Shown here: positions 54,544 to 64,000 of the stretch, piece after piece
How positions within the stretch are numbered: the first letter of the stretch is position 1
How the letters are laid out: each line of letters opens with the position of its first letter
Assembly: GCA_963796965.1 (NCBI GenBank)
Contig: CAWCNS010000009.1
Location: 576,001 to 640,000, forward strand
Reading direction: 5' to 3'
Source: Calditrichia bacterium
GTDB lineage: Bacteria; Calditrichota; Calditrichia; JAJRVZ01
DNA length: 64,000 bases
Position numbers and translations under genes: made by a program
The notes under the pieces: model-generated
The model's database searches: none
Seen by the model: only the letters and a program-made list of their open reading frames with translations
What the model was told of the DNA's origin: nothing

Positions 54544-57500
54544 ATGAAAGTTTTTAAATACTCACTGGTATTTTTCTTATCAATACTATCGAGTCTCTCA
54601 GGTCAAACATCTCAGAATGTAAATTTAATTGGTAGATGGGGGCATGGTTCCTGCCAGGCGGTATATGCGGATAGTATTCATGCCTTTATAGGTAATGGTG
54701 TTAGCTTTCAGATTCTTGATATGACTGATCCAGAATCACCCCAGGTATTGGGAGAAGTAGTTCTTCCAGAAGCAATCAAAAAGATTATCATCAGGGATAA
54801 CTTTGCCTATGTGCTAACGGGACAATCTGGGGTACGCGTTGTTGATATTTCTAATTATTATACACCAACTGAAATCACTTTTTATAAACTGCAAACCTAT
54901 ATTGAAGATCTGGCCATTGGTGGTAATTGTGCATATGTAACTGCCGGTGATTCCGGATTACGGATTATTGATATTTCTAATCCCCTATCTATAAATGAAA
55001 TAAGTGATATTTATCCATCCGGAAGAGCCAGATTTGTTGATGTTGATGAAAACTTTGCTTATGTAAGCATCGAATGGTCTCTCCGTGTTATCGATATATC
55101 TGATCCGTATAATCCAAGTGAAGTTGGGCATATTGATACCTGGGCATATAGAATGGATATTTCAGGAGATTATGCTTATGTAACCAGCGGTTCATTTTCT
55201 GACCTGCACATAATTGACATATCTGATCCATCAAATCCAAATCAGATAAGTTCTGTAAATACGCCAAGCTGGGCAAATAACGTAACTGTACACGGACAAT
55301 ACGCCTATATTGCGAATGGTGATTCTGGGATACGTGTAATAAATATATCTGATCCTGAAAATCCCCAAACCGTAGCATTTTATCATACACCCGATCACGC
55401 CCTGGATGTAGCAATATCCGGAAGATATGCCTATGTTGCTAATCGTGCTTCAGGTTTAAGAATAATTGAGGTAATAAATCCAACTCCTGTTGGAGCCGTA
55501 GGTCCCTTATATTATCCTCAGGATGTGACGGTGAGAGAGATTTATGCCTATGTGGCAGATCATTTGGATGGATTGATAATCTTTGATATATCTAATCCGG
55601 CATCTCCAAATCAAATAGGCTCAACATTAACACGAGAACGCGCCCTGGGTATCACACTTGGTGAAAACCGTGCCTATCTTGCCTGTGGTGATTCAGGCCT
55701 GACGATCGTTGACATCACAAATCCGGCTAATCCAAATGTCCTTGGGGGAAAAAACACACCCGGAGATGCTGTTAACGTAGCAGTCGACGGAAATTGGGCA
55801 TATGTGGCAGATCGGGGGGCCGGATTGCGTATTATAGATATTTCCAATCCTGCTAATCCGATCGAGGTTGGTTTTTTTCTTACAACAGTCGGTGTATACA
55901 GTATCGCTGTTAGAGAAAATATTGCCTACGCTGTCGACGAAATTACTGGCTTGCACATACTGGATATTTCAGATCGCTCAGATCCTGTGGAACTTGGCTC
56001 GTATAATAGTGCGGGGGACTCATATGATATCGTCGTTCACGGGGATATTGCCTATCTGGCAGATTATTATGCTTTATGTGTTATTGATATCTCCGATCCT
56101 GCCCATCCTAACCAAATTGCCTATATACCTGTGGCTGACGAGTTAACTGATATTGCTATCGAGGGTGCTTATCTCTTTGGAGGTGGATCTGATTTGTTTG
56201 TATTTGATATCACAAATCCAGAAAGACCTCAACAAGTTGCTACTTATTCCCGTGGCTCAGCGGGCATTGCTGCTCAAGGGAATTACGCCTATATGGTGAG
56301 TGGTATCGGGGGATTCGAAATCATTGATCTAATCAATCCTGTTGAGGCTGGTATTCATCACGCAGCGCACGAAGCCAATGGCATTGTAATAAATGAGAAT
56401 TATGCCTATGTCTCGGAGGGATATTCAGGTATGCACATTCTGGATATAAGTGATCCATCCAATCCTGTTGAGATTAGTTATTTAGATACACCCGGAGGTG
56501 TTCAGGAAATAGTATTACAAGGAAATTATGCCTATGTAGCGGATAACACTTCTTTTCGTACTGTCAATATCTCTGATCCTCTAAATCCGGTTGAATCAGG
56601 CTTTGTGTCGGTCTATGCAAATGCATTGGCTCTATCAGGAAATTACGCTTATACATCCAGCGGTCCTATCGAGATTATTGATATTACCAATCCGGCTAGC
56701 CCTATAAATGTTGGTACCTATACTACGCCTTCCACTACCCAGGATATTGAAATACAGGATACATACGCCTATTTAGCCTGTGCTTCTGCGGGCTTACGTA
56801 TTTTAAATCTTTCTAATCCAACTAATCCAGTCGAAACAGGTTATAATACGACAGCGAATAATGCCTACGGTGTACTGTAAGAGGAAACTATGCCTATATA
56901 GCAGATTTCGATGTACTTCGCATCTTTAACGTTTCCGACCCTTCCAATCCTATAGAAACAGGTGCGCTAGAAGTAAGTTGTAAACAAGTCGTTATCAGCG
57001 GTGACTATGCCTGTGTATCCCATGATTATAATTTTGATTTTCAAATTATCGACGTCTCTGATCCGGAAAATCCACAAGTGGTCGGACAGTTTGACGAGGG
57101 ATATGGGGCCCGAGGAATATCCATTGCTGGCTCTAATGTATATCTTACCCATGGACCGGAAGGTGTCTATGTTCTTCGGGAAACTATTCCGCCATTTTCT
57201 GCCCTTAATTTAACTGCCGGAGGGAGTTCACCCAGCCCCTGGCAAAACAATCCCACTTTTTTGCTCAATTGGCAAAATCCGGGTGATATGAGTGGTATCA
57301 ATCAAGCGAAATATAAAATTGGTACTCAACCACCTTCCAGCAACAATGATTTTGCTGCATACTTGCCTGGTACTTCACCCCAGTCAATTACAGTTTCTCA
57401 GGAAGCCAATCAATCTCTCTATCTTTGGCTGGTCGATAATGCAGACAATGAAAATTATCAAAATATAAATACTGTTGGTATTCGGTATGATGCATCTATT

Positions 57501-60500
57501 TCCCCCCCCACAAATTTTTTTGAGAGTCATGGCGTTGTATCCGATACCTGGCAGAACAGTACCCGTAATCCGACATTTTCATGGACAGCCCCAACAGATT
57601 TATCCGGCATTGATAAATATTATCTATATTTCGGATCCAATCCGGGCGGTAGTGTACCAACCGACTCTACCAGCAATATATCTTTCAGTTTTTCAGGCTC
57701 GGAAGGAACCTCCTATTTTCGGATTCAAATGAAAGATAATGCAGGGAATATCAGCGCCTGGACTACGGCGTTTATCTTTAAATATGATAATACGGTTCCT
57801 GTTAATCCTTTACAAGCAACAGAAGTTGGCGGAGCAAGTTCTGATGTCTGGCAAGCGGATGTTGCCGATCCCAATTTTACATGGAGTGGCACTTCAGACA
57901 TTCTCTCCGGAATCGCAAAATACTGGATCTATATGGGGCCAGATTTGGATGGAGAACCGTTTATTGAAAGTACAACCCCTACATTCAATCCGGGTCCGTT
58001 TACAAATGGTACATATTATTTGCGTGTGATGGTGGAGGACGCGGCTGGTAATCTCTCACCCCCTAAAACTCTATTTATCTTTAAACATGATGCCATACCC
58101 CCAGAGAATCCAACAGATTTTAGTGATATTGTCGGCTCTGAAAATAATATTTGGCAAAATACGGTCAATGATCCGAATTTCTCTTGGAATCCCGGGAATG
58201 ATCCACTCTCAGGAATTCAAGCTTATCAATACTATTGGGGGAAAGATCCCAATGGGATATCTGATAATATGGTGATGTCTCCCAGTTATAATCCCGCACC
58301 GGCCGATACGGGTAGTTGGTATCTTCGGATTAGTACAATCGACAGAGTATCCAATGCTTCGGCCTGGATCACTGCTTATATCTTCAAATATGATAATATC
58401 GCCCCCCATGTTATTGCTGCCTCTAATGATACCAGTGGATATCTTAGCTTTACTGTCAGCTGGGTAAATGGAACTGACCAGGGTGGATCAGGAATAGAGT
58501 ACTATCATATACGCCTCAAAGAAAATGAAGGAGAATGGGTAGACTGGCAAGTTAATACATCCAATATAAGTGCCCTTTATACCGGAGAGCACGGTCAAAC
58601 CTATCATTTTGAAGCGACAGCCATTGATAAAGCCGGTAATGTTGAAAGTTTTTCAAACCTGACTGAAACATCAACCTATATAGATACGCTGACAACAGAT
58701 ATGATTGCTCCGGGTAAACCCATTAATCTGCTCTCAAAAGGTAGCGATCCCAGTCTTTGGCAGAATTTTCCCCAATTTGAATTGAATTGGACGAATCCGT
58801 TTGATGAAAATGGTATTGCCCACGGCTATTATAAACTGGATAGTCCTTCTAGCTCAACCAATGACTATGATGGTTCTGTTGGTGGCACTCCACCTCAAAC
58901 AGTTGTTATTAATAAAGAGGGCGGTCAAAATGTATATCTATGGTTGGAAGATGGACGAGGGAATGTAGATTATCATAACTACGATTTTATTGAATGTCGC
59001 TATGACTCAACGCTACCACGCGGCGCTCAGGCCAGTTCAGCCGATACAAGTGTCACCGCCTCCTTTCTGGTTAGTTGGTCAGGAGCCACTGATGAGGGCG
59101 GGTCGGGGATCTCTGGTCGTTATGATATAAAAGTGCGTGATAATCAGAGTGCCTGGTCCTATTGGCTGCAAGACAGTCTTTGTACGAATGCCTATTATCT
59201 GGGTGAACAAGGTCATACCTATTATTTCGAAGCAGCTGCACGGGATGATGCCAAAAATATTGAAGTTTTTACCCGTCAACCCGAATGTTCTACCTATATC
59301 GGAACCCGCTTGGCCATTTCCCTTTCATCCCTGTCAGGAGAACAATCCGACGATGTCTCATTCAATTACACCATTTATAATTTTGAAAACAATCTTACCA
59401 GCTTAGCATGTGAATACTATTCCCTTTCTGATAATGCCTGGCAATCAGCGACCATGACAGGGAATGTTACAGATATTCAGCCTCAGGATTATAGCGGTAC
59501 CCTGGTTTGGGATTCATATACAGATCTGCCCGGTCTTGATTGTGAGAACATGCGTTTTAAAGTAACACCATTGGATTCAAAAGGGAATGGACTTGCCGAC
59601 TCCACCTACTTTTTTCATCTGGATAATAACCGTATCCCCTCTGTGCACTTAGATCCCCTCATAGGCGAGAGAAAAAATGATATTACTGTTTCCTATTACT
59701 TAAAGGACATGGAAAATGATACGATATCGCTCGTATGTGAATATTACAACCCGCTCAGCCAGTACTGGTTTCAAGCCACTACTACAGGGAATCTATCTGA
59801 TATATTAAACTATGATGGTACTATCACATGGAAATCATACACAGACCTACCTGGTACAGCAGATTCAATCAAATTCCGGATCCAGCCATCTGATACTGAT
59901 CCGGGTACAGCCGACACAATTATAATAAATCTGGATAATGTGGGCGCGCCCGATGTCTTATCGATCAGCCAGTTGGATCAGGAACAGAGCGGGAATATTG
60001 ATATTAAATATGTCCTCGCCGATGACCAGGGCGATAGGGTCAATCTGATTTGCCAATATTCAGATAATTCTGGTAGTCAATGGAATCTGGCCTCTGTCTC
60101 AGGTACCACAGCAAATATTTCACAGTCTGACTACACAGGTTCGATCATATGGCAATCAAATAACGATCTGCCCGGTGTGGATAAAACAACGGTTCGATTT
60201 AAAATTACCCCAAACGATGGTCATGCCGGAACAGCATTAGCCACCAATGATTTTCATCTGGACAATAATCTTCCCCCTTCTATACAGATTGGTCCAATAA
60301 ATTCACCGCTGTCTGCTAACATTGACCTGCCCATTTCGATCCAGGATTTGGAACAAGACACAATATATATAATGGGTAAGTATTCAAAAAAAAACGGGAT
60401 CTGGAAAAAAATGAAGTTTACAGAGTTACCCCTGCAAAATAAAAATAATTATACGGATACGCTCTACTGGCAAAGCCTGCATGATTTGGGATACGGAAAA

Positions 60501-61647
60501 CATGAAACGATCCAGATCAATCTATACCCTGCTGATAATGATACGGGAATTAGTGTTCAATCAAATTCATTTAATGTATATAATAAAGCCGGCGACTATA
60601 CAGGCGATTTTAATATTAACTCAGATGACCTTCCAGCTTTTGCTTTGGCCTGGAGACAGCAGGATCTCAGCAAAGAAATCGGACCTTCGGATCCCGCTAC
60701 TACTCCAATCCCGTATCTGATACCCCAACCCGATGGAAAGATAGACTTTGAAGATCTGATGGTATTAGTGCAACAATGGAATTTTTCCTATAAATATCCC
60801 AATTATTTCAAAGTTAGTAATAACCAAAGATCCAAAAAGGCCCAGGCTAAAATAAATTTACAAATGGATCAAAAAACCACCCTCTTGTTAAATGAACCTA
60901 TTTTTATTCCAGAAAGAAATGAATCTGTTAGTCTTAAAAGTTCTCATTTAGTCCACCTCATACAATCAGATTATGATCAATGGGCTAATAAACTCGGCAA
61001 TGAGCTTAGTATTAAACTTGATTCATCAGTCTCTATACTTGGCCTGCAAATTGAAATTCAGTATGATGCCGGCTCCTTTTCTTTTACTGGCCTGGAAAAT
61101 AAATTTCTCAAGGAGCAAAACGGCCTTACCTTTGAAATTAATGACACAAAAGAGGGGTTTTATTGTCTAAATACCTTTGTATTAGATGAAAAAAAACCCA
61201 ACCATTTATCCGGAGAACTTTTACGATTCAAAATTGAAGCCTCAAAGGAGGCTACCTCTTCTATATCCTACCAATGGAAGATATACGCGAGTGATGGACG
61301 CATTCTTTCAGAGGGTGTAGACATGTTTGATATAGATGTGCATCCAACAAAACCAACCCATTATGCCTTATATCAAAACTATCCCAATCCCTTTAATCCG
61401 GCAACAACAATACGCTATCAATTACCTGTTGATGGAAAGGTGCGCTTGGATATTTTCAATATTCTTGGAGAACGCGTCACAGAGATCGTCAATCAAAATC
61501 AACCCGCCGGTTATTATAATCAAATCTGGGATATTTCGGAGAATTCTCGAACGGTAGCCAGTGGAATTTATTTTGTGAGACTTCTCATTTCAGGTAAGGA
61601 TGGTTCGCGATATGCAAATCACAAAAAGTCTGATTTTGTTAAAATAG
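54544..61647 (+). CDS. Giant secreted LVIVD-repeat protein 2 (about 2370 aa), paralog of protein 1; frameshifts near 56875 and 61628
   Basis: GGGAG RBS, ATG 54544, signal peptide, LVIVD repeats, same module order, GDYTGDFNINSDDL, PDGKIDFEDL, LYQNYPNPFNP; natural end KKLILLK* in the shifted frame. Confidence 0.85.
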
Positions 61648-61929
61648 TAGAGATCATAATGGAATGTTAAAAACTCCGAGGCCTTTGTGAAAAGAAAGAT
61701 GTAGGCCACCTTTAAGATGGTCTACATCTATTCCATATTCCACCTAAAACAGATTAATCAATTTTTAATTAGACTCTCCTTCAAGTTTGATTTTATTATC
61801 TTTCTTTTTAGATTACCATTATATATTCCATATGCTAATTTTTATTATATTATTTATAAACCCATACGTCGCCTTATTGAATCATTCGATGCATGGATTG
61901 GTTCCCCAGAATTTTTATGGAGCGAAAAC

Positions 61930-63383
61930 ATGATTAGCCAAAAATTCATACAAAAATTGATATATCTAATTTTGAATGGAATCATCGCCCCGCTACTTTT
62001 TTTATTTTTGAATGGCTGCGAAATTAAAGAAGAAAATGCACAAAGATTACCAAACATCATTTTTATCCTGGTTGATGATATGCGTTGGGATCAACTGGGC
62101 TCAACAGGCCATCCTTTTGCTAAAACGCCCAACATTGATCGAATCGGCAAAGAAGGTGTCACCTTCAACAATGCCTTTGTCTGCACACCGCTCTGTTCTC
62201 CCAGCCGGGCCAGTTTTCTCACAGGACAATTCCCTCATAAACACCGAATAATTAACAATGATCGCAACGGCTTATCCTTTATCAGTCATAAGTTAGTTAC
62301 TTTTCCACAATTATTACGTCGGGTTGGATATAAAACCGCCTTTATTGGCAAGTGGCATATGGGTGATGATGATTCCCGTCGTCCCGGGTTTGATCATTGG
62401 ATTAGTTTTCGTGCTCAGGGAATTTTTATTGATCCGGTTGTAAATACCAATGGTCAACGGAGTCAATATACGGGTTATATGACCGATTTATTAAACCAGT
62501 GGTCTGTTGATTTTCTCAATCAAAAACATGATAAACCTTTTCTTTTGTATCTTTCTCACAAAGCCGTTCATGCCCCGTTTATACCTGCAGACCGACACAA
62601 AAACCAATATACCGATCACTCCTATCTGCCACCAACAAAGAGCATCGATGATCTTAAGGGTAAACCTGCAATAAACCGTAAACTGCCCCCGGTTGATGTT
62701 CTCCAAATTCCAGGGGCTACACCGGAACCCGCTGAACCCCGATATGGACGTGGATCAGCTGAAGAACGATATCTATTTGGATCATCATCGCTGTCTCAGT
62801 TCTGTTGATGATGGTATCGGAATGTTATTTGATGTACTGGAACAGAATGGTAAATTGGATAATACCTTGATAATATTTGCCAGTGATAATGGTTTTCTAT
62901 TCGGAGAACATGGGTTGTTCATGAATAAACGAGTGCCATATGAAGAGTCACTTCGGATTCCTCTGCTTATGCGTTATCCAAAATTGATAAGGCCGGGAAG
63001 TAAAAGTGAACAAATGGTCTTAAATATTGATATTGCACCGACTTTATATGAGCTGGCTGGTGTTAATGCTCCGATTCCTATTCATGGGAAATCACTTGTT
63101 CCGGTCTGGCAGGATCCATCTCTCAAACTCAGATCTGAATTTTTAGCGGAATACTATATTGAAAAAATCACACCTCTCTACGCCACCTGGCAGGCTGTCA
63201 GGTCAGCTCAAATGGAAATATATCCGCTATCCAGAACTACCAGATATGGATGAGCTTTATAATCTTGAAAACGACCCCGGGGAATTGAAGAACCTCTTCC
63301 ATTCTCCAAAACATCAATCCAGGATAGGGCAAATGCAGTCGAAGCTAAGGCAATTGTTAGAAAATTCTCAGGGTGTTTATTAA
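61930..63383 (+). CDS. Formylglycine-dependent sulfatase; frameshifts near 62760 and 63210
   Basis: PNIIFILVDD, CSPSRASFLTG, GKWH, SDNG...GEHG, ELYNLENDPGELKNL. Confidence 0.9.
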
Positions 63384-63527
63384 AAATTGTATATTATAGT
63401 TCATGTCAAAAAACAAAATCAAGATGTATCACGATGTGACACGAAGATTAATACAGATTTTCTATTATAAAGTAATCGAACCAACAATAAACCAGCTAAT
63501 GTCATCCAATTCCGGGAGATAAATTCA

Positions 63528-64000
63528 ATGAGATCCAAAAAAATAAATCAAACAAATGAATCAAGAACCACACGCCGACATTTTATTAAAATTGGTAGTA
63601 CGGCGGTGGCTGGAATTGCATTGGCAGGTAACAGGTTATTTCCAGCAGACACCTCCCCCAAAAAGATTCGCATCGGGATTGTAGGGGGAAGATTCGGAGC
63701 CAGTTTTCAATGGCACGAGCATCCCGACTGCATTGTAGAAGCGGTGAGTGATTTGCGGCCTGAGCGCCGAAAGCATCTAATGGAAACCTATAATTGCAGT
63801 AAATCTTATCCAAGTCTGGAGGAATTGGTTAAGGATAAAAATATTGATGCTGTAGGTGTCTTCACTGAGGGACCAAATCATGCCAAACATGTGATCGAAT
63901 GTATAAAACATGGCAAACATGTGATTTCCGCGGTTCCTGCTTGCGCAGGTGGTGGCGTGGAAGAAGCTGAAGAAATGTTTGATGTTGTAATAAAAAGCGG
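63528..64000 (+). CDS. Tat-exported Gfo/Idh/MocA oxidoreductase, 5' part, runs off the window
   Basis: Read by hand: TRRHFIK twin-arginine, KIRIGIVGGRFG, DKNIDAVGVFT, GKHVISAVP. Confidence 0.85.
   Translation, partial: MRSKKINQTNESRTTRRHFIKIGSTAVAGIALAGNRLFPADTSPKKIRIGIVGGRFGASFQWHEHPDCIVEAVSDLRPERRKHLMETYNCSKSYPSLEELVKDKNIDAVGVFTEGPNHAKHVIECIKHGKHVISAVPACAGGGVEEAEEMFDVVIKS

Noticed and set aside
48505..57170. CRISPR array or DNA tandem repeat suggested by recurring GATATTTCxGATCC
   Set aside because: These are degenerate codon-level echoes of LVIVD protein repeats, not identical repeats with spacers; no cas genes
48505..61647. Diversity-generating retroelement template/variable repeat between the two paralogs
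   Set aside because: Differences are spread over all bases rather than adenine-specific, and no reverse transcriptase is present
61717..61929. N-terminal extension of the sulfatase ORF
   Set aside because: AT-rich intergenic-looking sequence; ATG at 61930 follows GGAG and begins a plausible lipoprotein signal

Overview
Bacterial chromosomal window of roughly 40% GC (estimated by eye), most likely from an FCB-group organism such as Calditrichota or KSB1. Several secreted proteins end in the 'YPNPFNPxTTIRYQLP...KMILLK' sorting domain typical of these lineages. About a dozen genes are split by single-base indels, which looks like uncorrected long-read error rather than real decay. Contents: a PQQ sugar-dehydrogenase/diheme cytochrome fusion; carbohydrate genes (Gfo/Idh/MocA oxidoreductases, ExuT-like MFS, GH78, a GH30 fragment, DUF1080, DUF5916, sulfatase); a sulfur-carrier cysteine operon (cysM, mec, Ubl-MoeB-rhodanese fusion); an amidohydrolase pair; a MacAB-like exporter lacking its ATPase; purU; lipid genes; and a ~19 kb cell-surface locus. 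Intergenic regions hold REP-like and nested palindromes. No rRNA, tRNA, CRISPR array or transposase was recognised. Two signals stand out. (1) An unannotated Cys-Cys-Cys leader peptide with alternative antiterminator and terminator hairpins lies directly upstream of cysM, i.e. a classical cysteine-sensing attenuator. (2) The surface locus encodes a kinase-cyclase receptor, PEGA and other envelope proteins, a cohesin lipoprotein and two giant LVIVD proteins that each carry a dockerin-like and a cohesin-like module, suggesting a non-cellulosomal surface assembly. Family assignments rest on motif recognition only; no database searches were run.
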